Shown one piece after another: positions 1 through 10,650 of a stretch of 64,000 nt of DNA; the first letter of the stretch is position 1; each line of letters starts with the position of its first letter. This DNA comes from Octopus sinensis (lineage: Eukaryota). Both the position numbers and the translations under genes were made by a program. The stretch is taken from assembly GCF_006345805.1 (NCBI RefSeq), contig NC_043015.1:26908001-26972000 (forward strand), written 5' to 3'. The notes under the pieces were generated by a model, which worked only from the letters and a program-made list of their open reading frames with translations, did no database searches and was not told where the DNA came from.

Positions 1-207
1 CCAAACCGTTGCGTATTTGACTCCCCGTGCGATGTATTTAACGGCTGGCATATAGTCTGCCAGCTCGTTCACAATAGTGGCCTTTGGAAAGACAGCTATG
101 GTGTTGAGCGACTTTGAATAAGTCCTCAACACCACGGTCTTGTCCTCTAGCTCCTTCAGGTATCTTTTGGGAGGTGTTAACTCCCATATGGTAAATTCCT
201 TTGCCAT
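1..207 (-). CDS. N-terminal 69 aa of ORF1 (gag-like) of element A, open to the window edge
   Basis: Manual translation MAKEFTIWELTPPKRYLKELEDKTVVLRTYSKSLNTIAVFPK...; 62 of 70 positions identical to the 5303-6493 protein. Confidence 0.85.
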   Translation of the reverse strand, partial: MAKEFTIWELTPPKRYLKELEDKTVVLRTYSKSLNTIAVFPKATIVNELADYMPAVKYIARGVKYATVW

Positions 208-767
208 AACAAAAGTTTAAAACAGTTCAAAGTAACAAAATAAAATAGAAAAAAAAGGAGAATAAAAACAGAACAGAAGGGAAGAAACAAAATTCGAAAC
301 GGCAGTTCAAAAGAGTTTTTTAAAATAAAAATAGCAGAAGAGAGTTCAAAATCCAGGCAAAGCAATTAATTTTTTTTTTCTTTTTTCCCGGCCAAAAAGG
401 TATTCCAGGCCACTGGTAATCCACTTGTGAAAATAATCCTTGGTACTCCGTTGGTAAATCCGAAGACAAAGGCAATTACACACGTTGATTTTTGAGGTGG
501 GGCTACGCCTCCTCAAAAAACACAATTCTCACTACAAAGTGAGTCTTTATACTCGACTACAGGCAGGAAAAATGTCCGGAGCAGAGTGAAGTCTATTACC
601 TGCTAAAAAATATTAAATGCTAGAAAACATTAAATGCAAGGCAATAAACCTCACTAAGCCCCCAAAAATACAAAACGCCTACCTGTAGTCGAGTCAAAAG
701 TTCAACAATTCACGTTGAAACACGTGACAACTGGAGCAGCAAAAAACCACGTCTGAACACGTCAGAG
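1..767 (-). mobile_element. Tx1-clade element A: 5' UTR and start of ORF1; close relative of ORF1-only element C; runs off the left edge
   Basis: 5' UTR and ORF start align with 6287-6993; ends at target-site copy 768-782; GACGTGGTTTT motif near the 5' end. Confidence 0.85.
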
Positions 768-782
768 GTTAGCGAGCTACTT
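768..782. repeat. Target-site duplication copy GTTAGCGAGCTACTT between elements A and B
   Basis: Matches 4997-5011, 6994-7008, 52357-52371 and 54407-54421. Confidence 0.85.
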
Positions 783-1013
783 TATTTCATATAATTTGCC
801 ATTTAGGCATTTACAAAGAGGGGACAAACAAGGACAGACAAATATAAAGGGTGAAGTAGCTTAACACAGTTAAAATTTTCGAATGAAATTACGGATAAGA
901 TTATAAACAATGAGTTTTACGAAGACAATGTTTAAAAATATTATTAATGATCATGTCGAAGGACGGACACCCAGCCATCCGGGTAGAACCTTTACTTTCT
1001 GATCTGGTCACAC

Positions 1014-3165
1014 TTACCTGGTGCCAAACATACCCAACTTGCATGCCACAAACATATCTCGTGACAGACACCTCTTCTCCAGCCTGATTTTGCTACTGAG
1101 GTGGTAACTAAAAAAGTTAATCAACCGCTGGCCGGAGACAAAGGTGCCTGTCACTATAACTTTCGTACGCGTCTTCCATACTGTTTCTTTCAGTATGGCT
1201 ACTACACAGAAAAAACAAGCCTTTCTTTTCCTGTTAAGGAAAGGAGGCGGCGCAATCTCGATGATAGACTCAGCTGATAGATGTACTCTTCCCATCACTG
1301 ACAATAGTTGTTCAGCAAAAGCTATCAGTCCCGATAACTCCGGACACTCCACGAATGCGTGCAAGACGGTCTCCCTATCCTGCTCACATCGCGGACATGT
1401 CGGCGAGACGGCACTACCGTGCCTTGACAGCTTGTCGCGAACAGGTAAAGCCGCACGGAAACACTGCCAGGCCAGGGATTTCTGGTAATTATCCACATAC
1501 CCCGGCCCGAACGTCCTCCGGAACAGGTTGACCAACTGATTTTCATCGTAGCCCAAGGTCTCCCCCAAGGCGTCTTCGGACTTAACCTCCACTAACCCGC
1601 TATAGAAATCCGTGGTGGAACTCCTGTTGCCGGCGTTGCCCACCCGAGAGAGTAGCTGGAGCGCCTAACGGCACTCCAAATGCCATTCACTCAGTTTAGG
1701 TCTCCGCTTGATCCATGCACCGATGACCGTTAGGGATGTTAACTGGGGAAGGTAGAACCGGACGTGCGGTGACCACACCTGCTCTCCATCCAGGTAAAGC
1801 CAGAGGTGCCTCAACCTTAACGCGAGTTTTCGCATCCTCAGCCAAGGCATCCCTAGCCCACCCTTTAGCGGTTTCTGGCAGCAGACAGAGCGCTTTACAA
1901 GTGGCTTCCTCCTTTCCATAAAAATCGGAAAAGGATTCTCTCCAACTTGTTCAGCCACAATCGGGGCAAGGCACCACGGTCAGACGGTAGGTGATTACTG
2001 ATGCTATAAACATCTGCACCACCTCCGCCTTCCCTAGCAGGGATAACGCCCGCCCAGACCAGGTCTGGGTTAGAGCGGTCACCTTGTTGGCCACCTCACT
2101 CCAATTTTTCTCAATCTGGAGGTCTGGCTCGAACCAGACTCCGAGCAGCTTAACAGGACCTTCCGTCCAACGCCCTACGACGTTATTGGACGGCATCGGC
2201 TTGCCCCTCCAGGTGCCGAGTTGCAAACCGACCGACTTGTCCTTGTTAACCTTTGCTCCTGCCACCGCCTCGTAGCTTTTGATGGCCTCTTCCACCACTG
2301 GAAGCTGGCCTTCGTCTGCCACGATGATGGAGGTGTCATCCGCATACGCCGTAGCTCCTCTTCCACACCATAGATCATGCGGCGCGCCCCCTAGTGCCTC
2401 CAACTTCCGCAGCAAAGGCTCAAGAGTCAATACGTATAGGAGCGAGGACAGGGGACACCCTTGACGAACTGAACGCTCGATCGTGAACGGCTTCGAAAAG
2501 AAACCGTTCACCTTGACTAGAACTGTGGACAACTAAAACTAGACCTATCTCTAGTTCTTATCACTATCCTGTCTAGATAAGACTTGAACCTTCCGTCGCC
2601 ACTCATCCAGGTCCACTCTGGGACGTTCGGATGGTCAAGTCTGTAACGATCTGCCAGCTGAAACCGCTTAAGCAGATCCACGAGACGTGAGTTCACTTTC
2701 CTATAGATCGAGCCAACGCTATCGATGTGTACGTCAACGATAGCATTAAAGTCCCCTAATATCACTAAAGTCTTCGACGTCACGAGAAAGCCCTCTAGGC
2801 GCCGATAAAAATCAGTTTGGAAACAAGGTGCATAGAGTCCGATCAACCTGAAGGACTTACTGCTGTATGTCACATCAAGGACGACCAGCCCACCTTCTGG
2901 GTCTACATAGACTGTACTTGTCTGCAGAGCCAAGTCTTTACGGATCAGTACCACTACAGACCCCTCGCCCTCCGGTCTGGCCAGGAGACATGATTTTCTC
3001 GTAGCCATTCAGGAGAGGCGAGAAGGTTTGTAGGCTGTCCAGCTTGGTCTCTGTAGCAACCATCACATGTATATCATGTGATCTGATGTCGTCGAGGAAA
3101 CAAGCCTGCTTCCACTTCGAACTCAGACCACGCACATTTAAACAACAAAGGTTAAGAGAAGCCAT
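1014..3165 (-). pseudogene. ORF2 (APE endonuclease-RT-zinc finger), frameshifted, with a large internal deletion
   Basis: MASLNLCCLNVRGL, VATETK, LGDFN, SYLDRI (EN); VRQGCPLS, AYADD (RT); KGGLG; CPRC-x8-H-x4-C; split over five ORFs. Confidence 0.93.
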
Positions 3166-3442
3166 TACAAAAAGTAAAAGTTCTACTTACATTTCGTTGG
3201 AGAGGTTGGGGCCGACCTCACCACACATTGGTGGGCCCCTTCTTTTTCCTCCTTCTTCAGATAGTCCGGCAAGTTCGCGATATGCCGGATGGCGTTTGGT
3301 TGTCTGTCTTTTAATTGTTTGAACGTTGTTTCCGCGATCCACGCACATCTCTCGTTTCGATCTTTGTATTTGTTGTACAGTCTTGCTGACTGATGCGGAA
3401 CCACAATATCGTTTATGTATTTGTTTTGTGTGTCGAATTCAA

Positions 3443-4594
3443 TTAATATGAGTTCATTTTTTTTGTCTTCTTTTTCTGGGCCAGTTGAGCGGGATTTTTT
3501 TTTCGTGTCTGTGGTGTGTCTTTGTTTTTATTATTTTTTGTAGGGGATGTGGACGGGGATGATGCACGAATTCTTTTACGAACTGTTGTAAATCCCCCCT
3601 CTGATACCTCCATGGTATCGTCTGGGGTAGCAATAGTTTGTTCAGTAGGCGCCGCAGTTTTTAAGGGGGTGGGAGGTTTTAATAATGTAGGGGTTTGTGA
3701 GTGCGAGGGCTGGGTTTTTTCTTCAGTTTGTTTTGGGGTTGGCACCGTAACAGCGGGAGTGGGATTTTTTGTTTTTGTAGGGGTAGGTGAGTTTGCAAGG
3801 GTGGGGATTTTTTTATTATCTGAGGGGCCTGGTGTCTGCGGTTTCTTTTGCTTGTCTGGACAGTCTACACGAATGTGGCCCTTTTTGCCGCAGGCGTAAC
3901 AGGTGGGTTTTCGGCCTTCGACTTGTACCCTGAGGGCCACGTTCTCGCCCACGAGCACCCTCTCAGGAAGGAGCTGCAGGTCCTCCGGTGTTCCTTGAAT
4001 TATTATATTAATGTCTCGCCCAGGCCAATATAGAGGGGCAGAGCATGTTACTTGTAGTATTTTAATTTTGTCCGTCCTTTTATATAACAGGGCGGCCACT
4101 ACCTCTACCGGATCTACTTCCGGCGGGGCTTCTGCAATCCTGACCCGGGACGTCCTGCGTCCCCTATAGCTTGGGAAAAGTACCACCTCCTTGGTTTTTA
4201 GGGGGTTCACAGAATGCCCGCGGGCCACCTCTTCCCCCGAGAAGCGGACATCCACAGTGTCATATGCCCGTCCCCTGGCGACGTACACAATGTCCTTCCA
4301 AATCGGGGACAGGCATTTCTCAATGGTGTTTTTTTCAAAGTGTTTGAACCTTCTGCTTTGTGGACAGAAGGTTTTAAACACTACGGTCCGCTTCTCGGTC
4401 TCCACGATACTGGCGGAGGGTGATATTTTAACATCACCACCCTCCTCTTTCATTCTTTTAAATAGCTCGACGAGCTGATTGACATTGATGTCAATGCTCT
4501 CGGTAGCCACTGCGGCTACCGCAGAAAATTTTTTACTACAGTTAACATTGCTCTCCTCAAGAGCACTATTTTCGTGAATAATCTCAATAGACAT
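3443..4594 (-). CDS. ORF1 nucleic-acid-binding protein with CCHC zinc knuckle (element B)
   Basis: Long open frame (first ATG at 4594); CYACGKKGHIRVDC; Pro/Thr/Lys-rich tail; 3183-3404 may be its frameshifted C-terminus. Confidence 0.85.
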   Translation of the reverse strand: MSIEIIHENSALEESNVNCSKKFSAVAAVATESIDINVNQLVELFKRMKEEGGDVKISPSASIVETEKRTVVFKTFCPQSRRFKHFEKNTIEKCLSPIWKDIVYVARGRAYDTVDVRFSGEEVARGHSVNPLKTKEVVLFPSYRGRRTSRVRIAEAPPEVDPVEVVAALLYKRTDKIKILQVTCSAPLYWPGRDINIIIQGTPEDLQLLPERVLVGENVALRVQVEGRKPTCYACGKKGHIRVDCPDKQKKPQTPGPSDNKKIPTLANSPTPTKTKNPTPAVTVPTPKQTEEKTQPSHSQTPTLLKPPTPLKTAAPTEQTIATPDDTMEVSEGGFTTVRKRIRASSPSTSPTKNNKNKDTPQTRKKNPAQLAQKKKTKKMNSY

Positions 4595-4996
4595 TATTCT
4601 GTTGAAATTAGATAACACAAAAATTACGAATATTGGTTTCCCACAAAACTGGGAAACCTATAGAAAGTTTTTCTTCCAAAGCAGTTCAATAAGTGGTAAA
4701 AAGCAGTTCAAAAAATGTCATTTCCCACCCCCATTCGGGGGAGGGGCACGTAAATAGTCTGGCAAGACTATATATAGTCACGTAGATAAAAAAAAGCCAC
4801 AATGGCTAACAGTTCAACAGTAACAAATTATCCAATTATTCCCCGGTAAAACCAGAGAACAAGACAGTTCAACAACGTTCAAAAACAAATTTTCAGTAGT
4901 AAAATTCAACAATTAACAACACAGCAAAACTCTTACCGGGAAGAAAACGCGTCCAAACCGTAGTAAGGTAAGCAAAGTCACTCTTCAGTCAGTGAG

Positions 4997-5011
4997 GTAA
5001 GCGAGCTACTT
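4997..5011. repeat. Target-site duplication copy GTAAGCGAGCTACTT between elements B and C
   Basis: One mismatch to the copies at 52357 and 54407. Confidence 0.88.
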
Positions 5012-6993
5012 TATTTCAACAATTTTGCCACTAGGGCAGCACACAGAGTAGCTACGGGCTGGACAAAGACATTAATGGATGATGGTGGTGGTGGATGAAG
5101 ATGATGGGAGAAGTCAAAAAGCGCCCGCCGACTCTTGCTTCTCTAAAACAATGTTCTTTTTTTTTCCAATAATTTTACAAAATTTCCAAAATTTTACAAA
5201 AATTCAAAAATTTCAAAACAAATTCCAAATTTTACAATTTACAATTTCAAAAGTTTTTCCAGAGGCAATAAACCTCTATCGCAATATAACCCAAATACAG
5301 GTTCACGTTACCTGACCGATGAACGCTCTTGCTTTAATGACGCAATCGTTCTTCGTCAGGCCCCCGCATATAGGTATAACTTGCAAGAGATCCTCCGGGA
5401 AATAATTCTCGATCCTGCACATATCATTTTCGAGTAGGACCTCCGCAGCCAGCTGCGAAGGCCACTCGGGATACTCCATGCAGGACCGAAGTCCCGCCCA
5501 TTGGTTTCTCTTCCTCATCTTACCTATTTCATTCTCTAGTGTACCTCCTTTGTGGAAGAGGACCACATAATATTTCTCCGGCCCCACAACCGCCGGAGGA
5601 CACATGGGAGACGCCGTCTGCGTGTTACAATCCGCTGGCGGCGTCCCGTTTCTTTTCTTTCTTTTTTTCTTTTTACCCTGGACCACGGGAGGTTGAGGTT
5701 CCGGCGTTGCACACGCCGGGTCCACTCTTTCTACCGTAGCTTCCGGGTCTTCTAGTGGGTCACCATTGTTTCCCACTTTTCGTTTTCTTGTTGAGGAAGC
5801 CACCGCTTCCTCGTTCTGTTTCTCTCCCTCCATTGGTGGGACAGGGAGAGGCTCTGATATTAACTTCTCCAGGATCCTACTCTGGTCCCTGGGGCAGTTC
5901 TTCTTAATGTGGCCGGTCTCCAAACACAGGTGACACTTGGGGGGACGTCCCTCAAGCATCACCGGATACTTGGACCCGGCCATCCTCAAAAAGTCCGGCA
6001 AAACCAGACTCTTGGCTGACTGGGTCCATAGAGTCAAAGTAGCCTTTGACCCCTCCCAATCAGCCGCAGGCTGCATTCTTACGTTCAGGATCTTGGCGCT
6101 ACCACCACTCAGACCCCGGCGGATAGAATCTTCCACCCACTCGGGCTCAAAGCCGGGTGGCAGGCCGCAGACCCATAATCTTATTAATTTTTCTCCCTTG
6201 TAGCTTGGGAGAAACAAAATCTCTTCGCCCTCAATGGGCTTGCTTGCGAAATTGCAAGCTGCTTTAGGGGAGTCAAAAAGCAACCAAATCGTTGCGTATT
6301 TGGCTCCCCGTTGAATGTATTTAACGGCTGGCATATAGTCTGCCAGCTCGTTCATAATAGTGGCTTTCGGAAAAACCATTATGGTGTTGAGTGACTTTGA
6401 ATACGTCCTCAACACCACGGTTTTGTCCTCCAGCTCCTTCAGGTAACCCTTCGGAGGTGTTAACTCCCATATGGTTAACTCCTTTTTTGCCATAACAAAA
6501 GTCCAATAAAAAACACAATGACAGAACAGAAAGACAGAGCAGAGAAAAGAACGAAGGAAGACAGTTCAAATAATGGCAACACTGTTCTGCAACTGGTAAT
6601 CCTCACGAAACAGGGTACTCCAGTTGCAGCACACTTGGTTCTCTGTGGTAAATCCAAGCACAATTGGTTCTCCGTGGTAAATCCAAGCGAACAAATTAAT
6701 TTTTGAGGAGGGCCTATGCCTCTCAAAACACACAATTCTCACTAAAAGGTGGGACAATAAATATGCCAACAGGCAGAACAAATACCTCCGAAGCAAAGTG
6801 AAGCCTGTTACGCGCAGAAAAGTGTTAACACTAATTAACATTAATGCCAAAAAGTATTAACGGCAAGCAACAAACCTCACTATGCTTCCAAAATATCCAA
6901 AATGTCCTACCTGTTTGCCGTAAATGTTCAATATTTCACGTTAACACGTGACATCTGAAGCAGCTCCAAAAAACACGTCTAACTCAGACGAAG
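5012..6993 (-). mobile_element. ORF1-only non-autonomous Tx1-derived element C (~1.98 kb)
   Basis: Single ORF, no EN/RT remnants; 3' terminus similar to element B; bounded by target copies. Confidence 0.88.
5303..6493 (-). CDS. Intact 396-aa ORF1-like protein with CCHC knuckle
   Basis: ATG start; LEGRPPKCHLCLETGHIKKNCP versus VEGRKPTCYACGKKGHIRVDCP in B; FLPSYKG versus LFPSYRG; basic KKKKRKKR stretch. Confidence 0.9.
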   Translation of the reverse strand: MAKKELTIWELTPPKGYLKELEDKTVVLRTYSKSLNTIMVFPKATIMNELADYMPAVKYIQRGAKYATIWLLFDSPKAACNFASKPIEGEEILFLPSYKGEKLIRLWVCGLPPGFEPEWVEDSIRRGLSGGSAKILNVRMQPAADWEGSKATLTLWTQSAKSLVLPDFLRMAGSKYPVMLEGRPPKCHLCLETGHIKKNCPRDQSRILEKLISEPLPVPPMEGEKQNEEAVASSTRKRKVGNNGDPLEDPEATVERVDPACATPEPQPPVVQGKKKKRKKRNGTPPADCNTQTASPMCPPAVVGPEKYYVVLFHKGGTLENEIGKMRKRNQWAGLRSCMEYPEWPSQLAAEVLLENDMCRIENYFPEDLLQVIPICGGLTKNDCVIKARAFIGQVT

Positions 6994-7032
6994 GTGAGAA
7001 AGCTACTTAGCACACAGCCACTCCTGCGCCTA
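6994..7032 (-). mobile_element. 5' head of tRNA-derived SINE (family 1), including the last target-site copy
   Basis: Reverse complement TAGGCGCAGGAGTGGCTGTGTGCTAAGTAGCTTTCTCAC; matches 37554-37590 (+) and 54407-54446 (-); box A-like TGGCTGTGTG. Confidence 0.85.
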
Positions 7033-7069
7033 CATATATATATATATATTTATATAAATGTATATGTAT

Positions 7070-7632
7070 ATATAAGTTCTTTGTCTGTTTCCTATGCATT
7101 CCTATGCATTCTCAAATAGCTCGACCAAGTCAAATCAAATTTTACAAGGTAATAGTATCAGACACCGTGAGTGTCAACATGTATTTTTTTTCTTTGGGAT
7201 TAAAATACATCATTGGCACCGATTCGGTATTACGTGTGAAAAGTGAAAGAATAAGATCTATATTGTAATGAGATATATATTGCTTCACTTTCAGTCTTTC
7301 ACTTTAATACGAATGTGATAACACTAACATCATCTTATTTCTATTATATTTGAAATAAATGAATAATTTACATCCTAATGTGAACAACATTACGCAACGG
7401 TAACTTTCCGTCTTTATGGCCATGACAGCGGAATGGTGGTTTGTCAGTGTATGAGTGTTGACTGACATAACGAACGACTGGAGGTGAAAGTTATAACAAA
7501 AAAAAAATGAGGTCGCCGGTTCAAGGTATATAAAAATACACATTTACCGTCCAATTACCAATTATCGCAGTAATTGCAAGGCATTTACAGTTATATATTT
7601 ACTCCTAAAATAACATTTAATACATGTGCTTA

Positions 7633-7701
<69 letters not shown>

Positions 7702-8886
7702 AAGAAATTTATCTATAATAATAATAATAGTCGTATTTACCGTTAAATTAGCATTTCATACCTGTGCTCCTGTTTGGTTAATTGGCATATATTTGGTTAA
7801 TTTACACTGCATACAAAAATAATGACATACTGCAAACATACAACTGCTTATAAAAATAGAAATTAATCTATAACATTTTCTATGTTCATAATTTTTTCTT
7901 TACAATATTGAAAAAAATGCTACCAAAAAGTAGACGTAATCTCTCCAGAAACAAGTATAAAGCAAGGACTGTATAAAACCGAAGGGGGGAGTCTTAAGAC
8001 AGAAGAGAGATAAGACTTTCCCAAGATCAGCAAAGGCATGCTGCAGTACTTAAAGCTGAATCATTAAAACCACGTTTTAATGATTCCAATAGAATAGCTC
8101 TCAGCAACAGAACACGTACAAATTCTTTCTAAACAACTCCTGGAGCTGCTTTTAGATATGACTCATCCCATTCTTATCAAAATGATAATTCTGTCCAAAT
8201 TGGTGTGCTAAACTCAAATTGTCGCTTATGCAAAGCTTTAAAATTTCCAAATGAAACTAATGGCAAGTACTGCGCAGGCAGTAAGGTAAGATTGCTAGCA
8301 CTACCAGCTCTTCTTCAACCTCTTAAGGATCTTCTGGAAGACACTTGCACCCAGTCAAAAGATTTTCTGAGCAACATCAGGCAGTACAACTCTCCATTTC
8401 AAATAACACTGTTTGGTGCATCTTAAGGAGATAGTTGACCATGCATTTATGCCGACGTTCAAAGTTCAAGTGTAAGTCTATCACTTCATTGGTTCCTTGT
8501 TACCCACAAATGAACAGCCTAAGTTCCTCCAGATTTACTTTCTGAGTGATGTAGAACAACAAACCCGAAAGAAGTGCCAAAACATCAAACGATGGGTTGT
8601 GTTAGACGCAGCACAGACGACCGCAAAAGAGAGTATATCCACTGACAGCTTTCGCAGTGCGTTCAACCATCACATACTCCCCCCCAACCCTAATTTTCCA
8701 TGACAGGTTAGGGCCTAGAATCCTGCAAATGGACACATGACATGTCGCTTAGTCGAATTAGCCCACCATTTACTCCACAAATGATTTGTGGTCAATGCTG
8801 CACTTCCCCGTATCACCTGTTTCAACATAACTCTGATATATATACAAACTATGCCATTTAATCCAGAGCAACGCCGGGTATCTCTG

Positions 8887-8890
<4 letters not shown>
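7070..8890 (+). mobile_element. Internally deleted Helitron
   Basis: 3' end CCAGAGCAACGCCGGG...CTAG followed by T; contains RepHel N-terminal remnant; 7225-7290 shared with 36971-37030. Confidence 0.8.
7918..8580 (+). pseudogene. Helitron RepHel N-terminal fragment
   Basis: CRLCKALKFPNETNGKYC..SKVRL, FLSNIRQYNSPFQ..FGA, FMPTFKVQ..VYHFIGSLLP, PKFLQIYF; stops and frameshifts. Confidence 0.85.
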
Positions 8891-8924
<34 letters not shown>

Positions 8925-9055
8925 CGTATATAGTATATGGACATATATAAACATACATAGAGAGGCAGGGAAGTATTAATGGATGAAAATGTTATCGACT
9001 ATGTATATAAGTATACATATATATATATATATATATACATACATACATATATATA

Positions 9056-9112
<57 letters not shown>

Positions 9113-10294
9113 ATATATACATTTACATATATATATATATGTATATATGTGTGGGTGTGTGTATGCGTGTGTGTAAATAGAGACAGAGAGAAAGGGAGTG
9201 AGTGTTTCACATATATATATATATATATGCGCATAAACATAAATATATATTTTCGCTCCTTCATCCATATATCAATATTCACCCGCTATTTCACTGTCTT
9301 TTCCCTCTCTATCTCTCTCTCTTTTCCTCTCTGGACCTTTCTCTTTTTCTCTCACCCTCTCTCTTTATCTCTCTCTATCTTCATATTCGGTTATCTCTCT
9401 ATCCTGCTCTCTGAACCTCTTTCTCTTTCCATTCACTCCCCACTCAACCCATTGCTCTATCATCTCTTCCTTCATCTCTTTCAATAACATAATACTAATA
9501 ACATAATATATCGTAAGGTAAATATAGATTTAGTGGCAGCGTGTCTAAGCCAACATCAGTGGGGTGGATCATGCGTGACAGGTGGACTGGGTAGAAGGAA
9601 AGAAAAACAATATAGATAGAACAAAGATACAAACAAATCATATTCAGTACTTTTGTATTGCTATAACAATCAATATATATATATACATATACATATGTTT
9701 GCGTATGTGTGTGTATGCATACATACATATGTATAAATATATATGTATGCATGTATGTACACCATTATCTATGTGAATGTATATTAGTATACATATACAC
9801 ATACGCACACACAGACAAAGAGATACCATTACCTCAAAACAAACATGTGTGTCCATGTGTGCTTCCAAGTGAGTGTGTCCACGTGTGTGCCTCTATTTGT
9901 GAGAGTGTTTGCTTGTGTTGTTGTGTCTAAGTGTGTCTGTGTGTCTGTGTGTGTACTTCTATGTGAAACACAAATATTTACATTTGTATGTAAACACAAG
10001 TCAGGTGGTATTTCGCCTTTAGATGTTGGTATATGTTTCTGCTCTTGAAATTACACACATATTCACACATACACACACACACATGCACACACACACATAC
10101 ACACACACACACACACGCACACACACACACAGAGGCATACACACGCACACATCTATTTCAGAGCATATCGGTCTCTCTCACAGACTTATCTCTGACGAAA
10201 TAATTTCCAAATAGTATTGAGTACTGCCTTATACATTTCCAATTTACACTAGTGTGAACTCATATATATATATATATTATCATTATCATCATCA

Positions 10295-10353
<59 letters not shown>

Positions 10354-10378
10354 GTTGTTATTGTTATTGTTATTATTA

Positions 10379-10424
<46 letters not shown>

Positions 10425-10446
10425 TACGTACACATATATGTGAGTC

Positions 10447-10479
<33 letters not shown>

Positions 10480-10518
10480 CGCATACATATGTATCCTCAT
10501 ATATGTGCATGTGCATGT

Positions 10519-10552
<34 letters not shown>

Positions 10553-10587
10553 CGCATACATATGTATCCTCATATATGTGCATGTGC

Positions 10588-10648
<61 letters not shown>

Positions 10649-10650
10649 TG
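8891..10650. repeat. Compound microsatellite region (GT, TA, CT, CA, TAT)
   Basis: Directly visible. Confidence 0.9.

Larger units (their letters stand above)
783..4996 (-). mobile_element. Tx1/L1-clade non-LTR retrotransposon B (ORF1 plus degenerate, internally deleted ORF2)
   Basis: CCHC ORF1, APE endonuclease, RT and C-terminal zinc finger in canonical order; flanked by target copies; 3' end ...TGAAATAAA. Confidence 0.93.

Noticed and set aside
4967-4975. GGTAAGCAA as a further TSD marking a fourth tiny insert
   Set aside because: Only 9 nt match, without the GCTACTT half or an element 3' end; could be chance or a 5' junction artefact.
1144-6203. Plus-strand ORFs overlapping elements B and C
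   Set aside because: Antisense shadows of retrotransposon coding frames with no motifs of their own.
5303-6493. 396-aa ORF as a domesticated host zinc-finger gene
   Set aside because: It is intronless, bounded by target duplications and has mobile relatives (A, D) in the same window.
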